Shown here: piece after piece, positions 10,581 through 22,942 of the stretch
Layout of the letters: every line of letters starts with the position of its first letter
Numbering within the stretch: the first letter of the stretch is position 1
Assembly: GCA_964016885.1 (NCBI GenBank)
Contig: OZ024744.1
Span: forward strand, 131,626,001-131,690,000
Length of the DNA: 64,000 nucleotides
Direction: 5' to 3'
From: Eledone cirrhosa
Lineage: Eukaryota
Notes under the pieces: model-generated
Told to the model about the DNA's origin: nothing
The model's input: the letters and a program-made list of their open reading frames with translations, nothing else
Database searches by the model: none
Made by a program: the position numbers and the translations under genes

Positions 10581-13500
10581 TTCGGGGTTAAGTTAAGTTG
10601 GGGTTAAGTTAAGTTAGGCTTAACTTAAGTTGGGGTTAAGTTAAGTTGGGGGTAAGTTAAGTTCTGGGTAAGTTAAGTTGGGGTTAAGTTAAGTTGGGGT
10701 TAAGTTGGGGTTAATTTAAGTTAGGGTTAAGTTAAGTTGGGGTTGAGTTAAGTTGGGGTTAAGTTAAGTTGGGGTTAAGTTAAGTTGGGGTCAAGTTAAG
10801 TTGGGGTTAAAATTAAGTTGGGGTTAAGTCAAGTTGGGGTTAAGTTAAGTTGGGTTTAATTTAGTTGGGGTTAAGTTAAGTTGGGGCTAAGTTAAGTTGA
10901 GGCTAAGTTAAGTTGGGGCTAAGTTAAGTTGGGGTTAAGTTAAGTTGGGGTTAAGTTAAGTTGGGGTTAATTTAAATTGGGGTTAAGTTAACTTTGTGGT
11001 TAAGTTAAGTTGGGGTTAAGTTAAGTTGGGGCTAAGTTAAGTTGGGGTTAAGTTAAGTTGGGGTTAAGTTAAGTTGGGGTTGAGTTAAGTTGGGGTTGAG
11101 TGAAGTTGGGGTTAATTTAAGTTGGGGTTAAATTAAGTTGGCGTTAAGTTAAGTTGGGGTTGAGTTAAGTTGGGGTTGAGTTAATTTAGGGTTAAGTTAA
11201 GTTGGGGTTAAGTTAAGTTGGGGTTAAGTTAAGTTGGGTTTAAGTTAAATTGGGGTTTAGTTAAGTTGGGGTTCAGTTAAGTTGGGGTTAAGTTAAGTTT
11301 GGGTTAAGTTGGGGTTAAATTAATTTGGGGTTAAGTTAAGTTGGGGTTTAGTTTAGTTGGGGTTAAGTTAAGTTGGGGTTAATTTAAGTTGGGGTTAAGT
11401 TAAGTTGCGGGTAATTTAAGTTGGGATTAAGTTAAGTTGGGGTTAAGTTAAGATGGGGTTAAGTTAAGTTGGGGTTAAGTTAAGTTGGGGTTAAGTTAAA
11501 TTGGGGGTAAGTTAAGTTGGGGGTAAGTTAAGTTGGGGGCAAGTTAAGTTGGGGTTCAGTTAAGTTGGGGTTAAATTAAGTTGGGGTTAAGTTTAGTTGG
11601 TGTTAAGTTAAGTTGGGGTTTATTTAAGTTGGGGTTAATTAAGTTGGGGTTAAGTTAAGTTGGGGTTAAGTTAAGTTGGGGTTTAGTTAAGTTGGGGTTC
11701 AGTTAAGTTGGGGTTAAGTTAAGTTTGGGTTAAGTTGGGGTTAAATTAATTTGGGGTTAAGTTAAGTTGGGGTTTAGTTTAGTTGGGGTTAATATAAGTT
11801 GCGGGTAATTTAAGTTGGGGTTAAGTTAAGTTGGGGTTAAGTTAGTTGGGGTTAAGTTAAGTTGGGGTTAAGTTAAGTTGGGGTTAAGTTATGTTGGGGG
11901 TAAGTTAAGTTGGGGGTAAGTTAAGTTGGGGTTAAGTTAAGTTGGGGTTAAGTTAAGTTAGGGTTAAGTTAAATTGGGGTTAAGTTAAGTTGGGGTTAAG
12001 TTAAATTGGGGTTAAGTTAAGTTGGGGTTGAGTTAAGTTGGGGTTAAGTTAAGTTGGGGTTATGTTAAGTTGGGGTTAAGTTAAGTTGCGGTTAAGTTAA
12101 GTTGGGGTTAAGTTGGGGTTAAGTTAAGTGGTGGTTATGTTAAGTTGGGGTTAAGTTAAGTTGGGGTTAATTTAAATTGGGGTTAAGTTAACTTTGTGGT
12201 TAAGTTAAGTTGGGGCTAAATTATGTTGGGGCCAAGTTAAGTTGGGGCTAAGTTAAGTTGGGGTTCAGTTAAGTTGGGGTTAAGTTAAGTTTGGGTTAAG
12301 TTGGGGTTAAATTAAGTTGGGGTTAAATTAAGTTGGGGTTAAGTTTAGTTGGTGTTAAGTTAAGTTGGGGTTTATTTAAGTTGGGGTTAATTAAGTTGGG
12401 GTTAAGTTAAGTTGGGGTTAAGTTAAGTTGGGGTTAATTTAAGTTGGGGTTGAGTTAAGTTGGGGTTAAGTTAAGTTGGGTTTATATTAAGTTGGGGTTA
12501 AGTTAAGTTGGGGTTAAGTTAAGTTGGGGTTCAGTTAAGTTGCGGTTAAGTTAAGTTGGGGTTAAGTTAAGTTGGGGTTAAGTTAAGTTGGGGTTAAGTT
12601 AAGTTGGTGTTAAGTTAAGTTGGGGCTGAGTTAAGTTGGGGCTGAGTTAAGTTGGGGTTAAGTTAAGTTGGGGTTGAGTTAAGTTGGGGTTAAGTTAAGT
12701 TGGGGTTAAGTTAAGTTGGGGTTAAGTTAAGTTGGGTTTAAGTTAAGTTGGGGTTTAGTTAAGTTGGGGTTCAGTTAAGTTGGGGTTAAGTTAAGTTTGG
12801 GTTAAGTTGGGGTTAAATTAATTTGGGGTTAAGTTAAGTTGGGGTTTAGTTTAGTTGGGGTTAAGTTAAGTTGGGGTTAATTTAAGTTGGGGTTAAGTTA
12901 AGTTGCGGGTAATTTAAGTTGGGATTAAGTTAAGTTGGGGTTAAGTTAAGATGGGGTTAAGTTAAGTTGGGGTTAAGTTAAGTTGGGGTTAAGTTAAATT
13001 GGGGGTAAGTTAAGTTGGGGGTAAGTTAAGTTGGGGGCAAGTTAAGTTGGGGTTCAGTTAAGTTGGGGTTAAATTAAGTTGGGGTTAAGTTTAGTTGGTG
13101 TTAAGTTAAGTTGGGGTTTATTTAAGTTGGGGTTAATTAAGTTGGGGTTAAGTTAAGTTGGGTTAAGTTAAGTTGGGGTTTAGTTAAGTTGGGGTTCAGT
13201 TAAGTTGGGGTTAAGTTAAGTTTGGGTTAAGTTGGGGTTAAATTAATTTGGGGTTAAGTTAAGTTGGGGTTTAGTTTAGTTGGGGTTAAGTTAAGTTGGG
13301 GTTAATTTAAGTTGGGGTTAATTTAAGTTGCGGGTAATTTAAGTTGGGGTTAAGTTAAGTTGGGGTTAAGTTAGTTGGGGTTAAGTTAAGTTGGGGTTAA
13401 GTTAAGTTGGGGTTAAGTTATGTTGGGGGTAAGTTAAGTTGGGGGTAAGTTAAGTTGGGGTTAAGTTAAGTTGGGGTTAAGTTAAGTTAGGGTTAAGTTA

Positions 13501-14438
13501 AGTTGGGGTTAAGTTAAGTTGGGGTTAAGTTAAATTGGGGTTAAGTTAAGTTGGGGTTGAGTTAAGTTGGGGTTAAGTTAAGTTGGGGTTATGTTAAGTT
13601 GGGGTTAAGTTAAGTTGCGGTTAAGTTAAGTTGGGGTTAAGTTGGGGTTAAGTTAAGTGGTGGTTATGTTAAGTTGGGGTTAAGTTAAGTTGGGGTTAAT
13701 TTAAATTGGGGTTAAGTTAACTTTGTGGTTAAGTTAAGTTGGGGCTAAATTAAGTTGGGGCCAAGTTAAGTTGGGGCTAAGTTAAGTTGGGGTTCAGTTA
13801 AGTTGGGGTTAAGTTAAGTTTGGGTTAAGTTGGGGTTAAATTAAGTTGGGGTTAAGTTAAGTTGGGGTTTAGTTAAGTTGGGGTTAAGTTAAGTTGGGGT
13901 TAATTTAAGTTGGGGTTAAGTTAAGTGGTGGTTATGTTAAGTTGGGGTTAAGTTAAGTTGGGGTTAATTTACATTGGGGTTAAGTTAACTTTGTGGTTAA
14001 GTTAAGTTGGGGTTAAGTTAAGTTGGGGTTAAGTTAAGTTGGGGTTCAGTTAAGTTGCGGTTAAGTTAAGTTGCGGTTAAGTTAAGTTGGGGTTAAGTTA
14101 AGTTGGGGTTAAGTTAAGTTGGGGTCAAGTTAAGCTGGGGTTAAGTTAAGTTGGGGTTAAGTTAAGTTGGTTAGTTAAGTTGAGTTTAAGTTAAGCTGGG
14201 GTTAATTTAAGTTGGGTTTAAGTTAAGTTGGGGTTAAGTTAAGTTGGGGTTAAGTTAAGTTGGGGTTAAGTTAATTTGGGGTTCAGTTAAGTTGGGGTTA
14301 AGTCAAGTTGGGGTTAAGTTGGGGTTAAATTAATTTGGGGTTAAGTTAAGTTGGGGTTAAGTTAAGTTGGGGTTAAGTTAAGTTGGGGTTAAGTTAAGTT
14401 GGGGTTAAGTTAATTTGTGGTTAAGTTAAGTTGGGGTT

Positions 14439-14864
14439 AACCCCAACTTCACTCAACCCCACCTTAACTCAACCCCAACTTAACTTAACCCCAACTTCAC
14501 TCAACCCCAACTTAACTTAACCCCAACTTCACTCAACCCCAACTTAACTCAACCCCAACTTAACTTAACCCCAACTTAACTTAACCCTAACTTAACTTAA
14601 CCCCGACTTAATTTAACTTCGACTTAACTTAATCCCAACTTAACTTAACCCCAACTTAACTTAACCCCAACTTAACTTAACCACAAATTAACTTAACCCC
14701 AACTTAAATTAACCCCAACTTAAATTAACCCCAACTTAACTTAACCCCAACTTAACTTAACCCCAACTTAACTCACACCCAACTTAACTTACCCCCAACT
14801 TAACTTAACCCCAACTTAGACTTAACCCAAACTTTACTTAACCCCAACTTAACTTAACCCCAAA
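14439..14864 (-). repeat. Inverted island 4 (426 bp)
   Basis: Same junctions; shares the private gacttaattta variant with island 2 (offset 7,855). Confidence 0.97.
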
Positions 14865-17800
14865 TTCGGGGTTAAGTTAAGTTGGGGTTAAGTTAAGTTA
14901 GGCTTAACTTAAGTTGGGGTTAAGTTAAGTTGGGGGTAAGTTAAGTTCTGGGTAAGTTAAGTTGGGGTTAAGTTAAGTTGGGGTTAAGTTGGGGTTAATT
15001 TAAGTTAGGGTTAAGTTAAGTTGGGGTTGAGTTAAGTTGGGGTTAAGTTAAGTTGGGGTTAAGTTAAGTTGGGGTCAAGTTAAGTTGGGGTTAAAATTAA
15101 GTTGGGGTTAAGTCAAGTTGGGGTTAAGTTAAGTTGGGGTTAATTTAGTTGGGGTTAAGTTAAGTTGGGGCTAAGTTAAGTTGGGGCTAAGTTAAGTTGG
15201 GGCTAAGTTAAGTTGGGGTTAAGTTAAGTTGGGGTTAAGTTAAGTTGGGGTTAATTTAAATTGGGGTTAAGTTAACTTTGTGGTTAAGTTAAGTTGGGGT
15301 TAAGTTAAGTTGGGGCTAAGTTAAGTTGGGGTTAAGTTAAGTTGGGGTTAAGTTAAGTTGGGGTTGAGTTAAGTTGGGGTTGAGTGAAGTTGGGGTTAAT
15401 TTAAGTTGGGGTTAAATTAAGTTGGCGTTAAGTTAAGTTGGGGTTGAGTTAAGTTGGGGTTGAGTTAATTTAGGGTTAAGTTAAGTTGGGGTTAAGTTAA
15501 GTTGGGTTTAAGTTAAGTTGGGGTTAAATTAAGTTGGGGTTAAATTAAGTTGGGGTTAAGTTAAGTTGGGGTTTAGTTAAGTTGGAGTTAAGTTAAGTTG
15601 GGGTTAATTTAAGTTGGGGTTAAGTTAAGTTGGTGTTAAGTTAAGTGGTGGTTATGTTAAGTTGGGGTTAAGTTAAGTTGGGGTTAATTTAAATTGGGGC
15701 TAAGTTAACTTTGTGGTTAAGTTAAGTTGGGGTTAAGTTAAGTTGGGGTTAAGTTAAGTTGGGGTTGAGTTAAGTTGGGGTTGAGTTAATTTAGGGTTAA
15801 GTTAAGTTGGGCTTAAGTTAAGTTGGGTTTAAGTTAAGTTGGGGTTAAATTAAGTTGGGGTTAAGTTAAGTTGGGGGTAAGTTAAGTTGGGGGCAAGTTA
15901 AGTTGGGGTTAAGTTAAGTTGGGGTTAAATTAAGTTGGGGTTAAGTTTAGTTGGTGTTAAGTTAAGTTGGGGTTTATTTAAGTTGGGGTTAATTAAGTTG
16001 GGGTTAAGTTAAGTTGGGGTTAAGTTAAGTTGGGGTTAATTTAAGTTGGGGTTGAGTTAAGTTGGGGTTAAGTTAAGTTGGGTTTATATTAAGTTGGGGT
16101 TAAGTTAAGTTGGGGTTAAGTTAAGTTGGGGTTCAGTTAAGTTGCGGTTAAGTTAAGTTGGGGTTAAGTTAAGTTGGGGTTAAGTTAAGTTGGGGTTAAG
16201 TTAAGTTGGGGTTAATTTAAGTTGGTGTTAAGTTAAGTTGGGGCTGAGTTAAGTTGGGGCTGAGTTAAGTTGGGGTTAAGTTAAGTTGGGGTTGAGTTAA
16301 GTTGGGGTTAAGTTAAGTTGGGGTTAAGTTAAGTTGGGGTTAAGTTAAGTTGGGTTTAAGTTAAGTTGGGGTTTAGTTAAGTTGGGGTTCAGTTAAGTTG
16401 GGGTTAAGTTAAGTTTGGGTTAAGTTGGGGTTAAATTAATTTGGGGTTAAGTTAAGTTGGGGTTTAGTTTAGTTGGGGTTAAGTTAAGTTGGGGTTAATT
16501 TAAGTTGGGGTTAAGTTAAGTTGCGGGTAATTTAAGTTGGGATTAAGTTAAGTTGGGGTTAAGTTAAGATGGGGTTAAGTTAAGTTGGGGTTAAGTTAAG
16601 TTGGGGTTAAGTTAAATTGGGGGTAAGTTAAGTTGGGGGTAAGTTAAGTTGGGGGCAAGTTAAGTTGGGGTTCAGTTAAGTTGGGGTTAAATTAAGTTGG
16701 GGTTAAGTTTAGTTGGTGTTAAGTTAAGTTGGGGTTTATTTAAGTTGGGGTTAATTAAGTTGGGGTTAAGTTAAGTTGGGGTTAAGTTAAGTTGGGGTTT
16801 AGTTAAGTTGGGGTTCAGTTAAGTTGGGGTTAAGTTAAGTTTGGGTTAAGTTGGGGTTAAATTAATTTGGGGTTAAGTTAAGTTGGGGTTTAGTTTAGTT
16901 GGGGTTAATATAAGTTGCGGGTAATTTAAGTTGGGGTTAAGTTAAGTTGGGGTTAAGTTAGTTGGGGTTAAGTTAAGTTGGGGTTAAGTTAAGTTGGGGT
17001 TAAGTTATGTTGGGGGTAAGTTAAGTTGGGGGTAAGTTAAGTTGGGGTTAAGTTAAGTTGGGGTTAAGTTAAGTTAGGGTTAAGTTAAGTTGGGGTTAAG
17101 TTAAGTTGGGGTTAAGTTAAATTGGGGTTAAGTTAAGTTGGGGTTGAGTTAAGTTGGGGTTAAGTTAAGTTGGGGTTATGTTAAGTTGGGGTTAAGTTAA
17201 GTTGCGGTTAAGTTAAGTTGGGGTTAAGTTGGGGTTAAGTTAAGTGGTGGTTATGTTAAGTTGGGGTTAAGTTAAGTTGGGGTTAATTTAAATTGGGGTT
17301 AAGTTAACTTTGTGGTTAAGTTAAGTTGGGGCTAAATTATGTTGGGGCCAAGTTAAGTTGGGGCTAAGTTAAGTTGGGGTTCAGTTAAGTTGGGGTTAAG
17401 TTAAGTTTGGGTTAAGTTGGGGTTAAATTAAGTTGGGGTTAAGTTAAGTTGGGGTTTAGTTAAGTTGGGGTTAAGTTAAGTTGGGGTTAATTTAAGTTGG
17501 GGTTAAGTTAAGTGGTGGTTATGTTAAGTTGGGGTTAAGTTAAGTTGGGGTTAATTTAAATTGGGGTTAAGTTAACTTTGTGGTTAAGTTAAGTTGGGGT
17601 TAAGTTAAGTTGGGGTTAAGTTAAGTTGGGGTTCAGTTAAGTTGCGGTTAAGTTAAGTTGCGGTTAAGTTAAGTTGGGGTTAAGTTAAGTTGGGGTTAAG
17701 TTAAGTTGGGGTCAAGTTAAGCTGGGGTTAAGTTAAGTTGGGGTTAAGTTAAGTTGGTTAGTTAAGTTGAGTTTAAGTTAAGCTGGGGTTAATTTAAGTT

Positions 17801-18009
17801 GGGTTTAAGTTAAGTTGGGGTTAAGTTAAGTTGGGGTTAAGTTAAGTTGGGGTTAAGTTAATTTGGGGTTCAGTTAAGTTGGGGTTAAGTCAAGTTGGGG
17901 TTAAGTTGGGGTTAAATTAATTTGGGGTTAAGTTAAGTTGGGGTTAAGTTAAGTTGGGGTTAAGTTAAGTTGGGGTTAAGTTAATTTGTGGTTAAGTTAA
18001 GTTGGGGTT

Positions 18010-18435
18010 AACCCCAACTTCACTCAACCCCACCTTAACTCAACCCCAACTTAACTTAACCCCAACTTCACTCAACCCCAACTTAACTTAACCCCAACTT
18101 CACTCAACCCCAACTTAACTCAACCCCAACTTAACTTAACCCCAACTTAACTTAACCCTAACTTAACTTAACCCCGACTTAACTTAACTTCGACTTAACT
18201 TAATCCCAACTTAACTTAACCCCAACTTAACTTAACCCCAACTTAACTTAACCACAAATTAACTTAACCCCAACTTAAATTAACCCCAACTTAAATTAAC
18301 CCCAACTTAACTTAACCCCAACTTAACTTAACCCCAACTTAACTCACACCCAACTTAACTTACCCCCAACTTAACTTAACCCCAACTTAGACTTAACCCA
18401 AACTTTACTTAACCCCAACTTAACTTAACCCCAAA
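18010..18435 (-). repeat. Inverted island 5 (426 bp)
   Basis: Same junctions; copy of island 3 at offset 7,855. Confidence 0.97.
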
Positions 18436-21400
18436 TTCGGGGTTAAGTTAAGTTGGGGTTAAGTTAAGTTAGGCTTAACTTAAGTTGGGGTTAAGTTAAG
18501 TTGGGGGTAAGTTAAGTTCTGGGTAAGTTAAGTTGGGGTTAAGTTAAGTTGGGGTTAAGTTGGGGTTAATTTAAGTTAGGGTTAAGTTAAGTTGGGGTTG
18601 AGTTAAGTTGGGGTTAAGTTAAGTTGGGGTTAAGTTAAGTTGGGGTCAAGTTAAGTTGGGGTTAAAATTAAGTTGGGGTTAAGTCAAGTTGGGGTTAAGT
18701 TAAGTTGGGTTTAATTTAGTTGGGGTTAAGTTAAGTTGGGGCTAAGTTAAGTTGAGGCTAAGTTAAGTTGGGGCTAAGTTAAGTTGGGGTTAAGTTAAGT
18801 TGGGGTTAAGTTAAGTTGGGGTTAATTTAAATTGGGGTTAAGTTAACTTTGTGGTTAAGTTAAGTTGGGGTTAAGTTAAGTTGGGGCTAAGTTAAGTTGG
18901 GGTTAAGTTAAGTTGGGGTTAAGTTAAGTTGGGGTTGAGTTAAGTTGGGGTTGAGTGAAGTTGGGGTTAATTTAAGTTGGGGTTAAATTAAGTTGGCGTT
19001 AAGTTAAGTTGGGGTTGAGTTAAGTTGGGGTTGAGTTAATTTAGGGTTAAGTTAAGTTGGGGTTAAGTTAAGTTGGGTTTAAGTTAAGTTGGGGTTAAAT
19101 TAAGTTGGGGTTAAATTAAGTTGGGGTTAAGTTAAGTTGGGGTTTAGTTAAGTTGGAGTTAAGTTAAGTTGGGGTTAATTTAAGTTGGGGTTAAGTTAAG
19201 TTGGTGTTAAGTTAAGTGGTGGTTATGTTAAGTTGGGGTTAAGTTAAGTTGGGGTTAATTTAAATTGGGGTTAAGTTAACTTTGTGGTTAAGTTAAGTTG
19301 GGGTTAAGTTAAGTTGGGGTTAATTTAAGTTGGGGTTGAGTTAAGTTGGGGTTGAGTTAATTTAGGGTTAAGTTAAGTTGGGCTTAAGTTAAGTTGGGTT
19401 TAAGTTAAGTTGGGGTTAAATTAAGTTGGGGTTAAGTTAAGTTGGGGGTAAGTTAAGTTGGGGGCAAGTTAAGTTGGGGTTAAGTTAAGTTGGGGTTAAA
19501 TTAAGTTGGGGTTAAGTTTAGTTGGTGTTAAGTTAAGTTGGGGTTTATTTAAGTTGGGGTTAATTAAGTTGGGGTTAAGTTAAGTTGGGGTTAAGTTAAG
19601 TTGGGGTTAATTTAAGTTGGGGTTGAGTTAAGTTGGGGTTAAGTTAAGTTGGGTTTATATTAAGTTGGGGTTAAGTTAAGTTGGGGTTAAGTTAAGTTGG
19701 GGTTCAGTTAAGTTGCGGTTAAGTTAAGTTGGGGTTAAGTTAAGTTGGGGTTAAGTTAAGTTGGGGTTAAGTTAAGTTGGTGTTAAGTTAAGTTGGGGCT
19801 GAGTTAAGTTGGGGCTGAGTTAAGTTGGAGTTAAGTTAAGTTGGGGTTGAGTTAAGTTGGGGTTAAGTTAAGTTGGGGTTAAGTTAAGTTGGGGTTAAGT
19901 TAAGTTGGGTTTAAGTTAAGTTGGGGTTTAGTTAAGTTGGGGTTCAGTTAAGTTGGGGTTAAGTTAAGTTTGGGTTAAGTTGGGGTTAAATTAATTTGGG
20001 GTTAAGTTAAGTTGGGGTTAATTTAAGTTGGGGTTAAGTTAAGTTGCGGGTAATTTAAGTTGGGATTAAGTTAAGTTGGGGTTAAGTTAAGATGGGGTTA
20101 AGTTAAGTTGGGGTTACGTTAAGTTGGGGTTAAGTTAAATTGGGGGTAAGTTAAGTAGGGGGTAAGTTAAGATGGGGTTAAGTTAAGTTGGGGTTAAGTT
20201 AAGTTAGGGTTAAGTTAAGTTGGGGTTGAGTTCAGTTGGGGTTAAGTTAAGTTGGGGTTATGTTAAGTTGGGGTTAAGTTAAGTTGCGGTTAAGTTAAGT
20301 TGGGGTTAAGTTAAGTTGGGGTTAAGTTAAATTGGGGTTAAGTTAAGTTGGGGTTGAGTTAAGTTGGGGTTAAGTTAAGTTGGGGTTATGTTAAGTTGGG
20401 GTTAAGTTAAGTTGCGGTTAAGTTAAGTTGGGGTTAAGTTGGGGTTAAGTTAAGTTGGTGTTAAGTTAAGTTGGTGTTAAGTTAAGTTGGGGTTAAGTTA
20501 AGTTGGGGTTAATTTAAATTGGGGTTAAGTTAACTTTGTGGTTAAGTTAAGTTGGGGCTAAATTAAGTTGGGGCTAAGTTAAGTTGGGTCTAAGTTAAGT
20601 TGGGGTTCAGTTAAGTTGGGGTTAAGTTAAGTTTGGGTTAAGTTGGGTTTAAGTTAAGTTGGGGTTAAGTTAAGTTGGGGTTAATTTAAGTTGGGGTTAA
20701 GTTAAGTTGGGGTTAAGTTAAGTGGTGGTTATGTTAAGTTGGGGTTAAGTTAAGTTGGGGTTAATTTAAATTGGGGTTAAGTTAACTTTGTGGTTAAGTT
20801 AAGTTGGGGTTAAGTTAAGTTGGGGTTAAGTTAAGTTGGGGTTCAGTTAAGTTGCGGTTAAGTTAAGTTGGGGTTAAGTTAAGTTGGGGTCAAGTTAAGC
20901 TGGGGTTAAGTTAAGTTGGGGTTAAGTTAAGTTGGTTAGTTAAGTTGAGTTTAAGTTAAGTTGGGGTTAATTTAAGTTGGGTTTAAGTTAAGTTGGGGTT
21001 AAGTTAAGTTGGGGTTAAGTTAAGTTGGGGTTCAGTTAAGTTGGGGTTAAGTTAAGTTGGGGTTAAGATGGGGTTAAATTAAGTTGGGGTTAAGTTAAGT
21101 TGGGGTTAAGTTAAGTTGGGGTTGAGTCGGGGTTAAGTTAAGTCGGGGTTATGTTAAGTTAGGGTTAAGTTAAGTTTGAGTTAAGTTAAGTTGGGGTGAG
21201 TTAAGTTGGGGTTGAGTTAAATTGGGGTGGTGTTAAGTTGGGGTTGAGTTAAGTTGGTGTTGAGTTAAGTTGGGGTTAAGTTAAGTTGCAGTTAAGTTAA
21301 GTTGAGGTTAAGTTAAGTAGGGGTTAAGTTAAGTTGGGGTTAAGTTAAGTTGGGGCTAAGTTAAGTTGGGGCTAAGTTAAGTTGGGGCTAAGTTAAGTTG

Positions 21401-22516
21401 GGGTTCAGTTAAGTTGGGGTTAAGTTAAGTTTGGGTTAAGTTGGGGTTAAATTAAGTTGGGGTTAAGTTAAGTTGGGGTTTAGTTAAGTTGGGGTTAAGT
21501 TAAGTTGGGGTTAATTTAAGTTGGGGTTAAGTTAAGTTGGTGTTAAGTTAAGTGGTGGTTATGTTAAGTTGGGGTTAAGTTAAGTTGGGGTTAATTTAAA
21601 TTGGGGTTAAGTTAACTTTGTGGTTAAGTTAAGTTGGGGTTAAGTTAAGTTGGGGTTAAGTTAAGTTGGGGTTGAGTTTAGTTGGGGTTGAGTGAAGTTG
21701 GGGTTAAGTTAAGTTGGGGTTAATTTATGTTGGGGTTAAGTTAAGTCGGGGTTAAGTTAAGTTGGGGTTGAGGTAAGTTGGGGTTAATTTAAGTTGGGGC
21801 TAAGTTAATTTGTGGTTAAGTTAAGTTGGGGTTAAGTTAAGTTGGGGTTAAGTTAAGTTGGGGTTGAGTTAAGTTGGGGTTGAGTTAATTTAGGGTTAAG
21901 TTAAGTTGGGGTTAAGTTAAGTTGGGTTTAAGTTAAGTTGGGGTTAAATTAAGTTGGGGTTAAGTTAAGTTGGGGGTAAGTTAAGTTGGGGGCAAGTTAA
22001 GTTGGGGTTAAGTTAAGTTGGGGTTAAATTAAGTTGGGGTTAAGTTTACTTGGTGTTAAGTTAAGTTGGGGTTTATTTAAGTTGGGGTCAACTTAAATTG
22101 GGGTTAAGTTAAGTTGGGGTTAAGTTAAGTTGGGGTTAAGTTAAGTTGGGGTTAAGTTAAGTTGGTGTTAAGTTAAGTTGGGGCTAAGTTAAGTTGGGGC
22201 TGAGTTAAGTTGGGGCTGAGTTAAGTTGGGGTTAAGTTAAGTTGGGGTTGAGTTAAGTTGGGGTTAAGTTAAGTTGGGGTTAATTTAAGTTGGGGTTGAG
22301 TTAAGTTGGGGTTAAGTTAAGTTGGGTTTATATTAAGTTGGGGTTACGTTAAGTTGGGGTTAAGTTAATTTGGGGTTCAGTTAAGTTGGGGTTAAGTCAA
22401 GTTGGGGTTAAGTTGGGGTTAAATTAATTTGGGGTTAAGTTAAGTTGGGGTTAAGTTAAGTTGGGGTTAAGTTAAGTTGGGGTTAAGTTAATTTGTGGTT
22501 AAGTTAAGTTGGGGTT

Positions 22517-22942
22517 AACCCCAACTTCACTCAACCCCACCTTAACTCAACCCCAACTTAACTTAACCCCAACTTCACTCAACCCCAACTTAACTTAACC
22601 CCAACTTCACTCAACCCCAACTTAACTCAACCCCAACTTAACTTAACCCCAACTTAACTTAACCCTAACTTAACTTAACCCCGACTTAACTTAACTTCGA
22701 CTTTACTTAATCCCAACTTAACTTAACCCCAACTTAACTTAACCCCAACTTAACTTAACCACAAATTAACTTAACCCCAACTTAAATTAACCCCAACTTA
22801 AATTAACCCCAACTTAACTTAACCCCAACTTAACTTAACCCCAACTTAACTCACACCCAACTTAACTTACCCCCAACTTAACTTAACCCCAACTTAGACT
22901 TAACCCAAACTTTACTTAACCCCAACTTAACTTAACCCCAAA
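22517..22942 (-). repeat. Inverted island 6 (426 bp)
   Basis: Same junctions; private cttcgactttac variant and a 5-bp TTAAG loss just downstream of the exit. Confidence 0.97.

Larger units (their letters stand above)
3345..19065 (+). repeat. Tandem duplication of a 7,855-bp block (~3,345-11,200 / ~11,200-19,065)
   Basis: Offset 7,855 for islands 2 to 4 and 3 to 5, and for private variants (tttacatt C 6117/13972; ttgaggct A 10900/18755; gggtttaagttaaatt 3381/11236). Confidence 0.88.
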
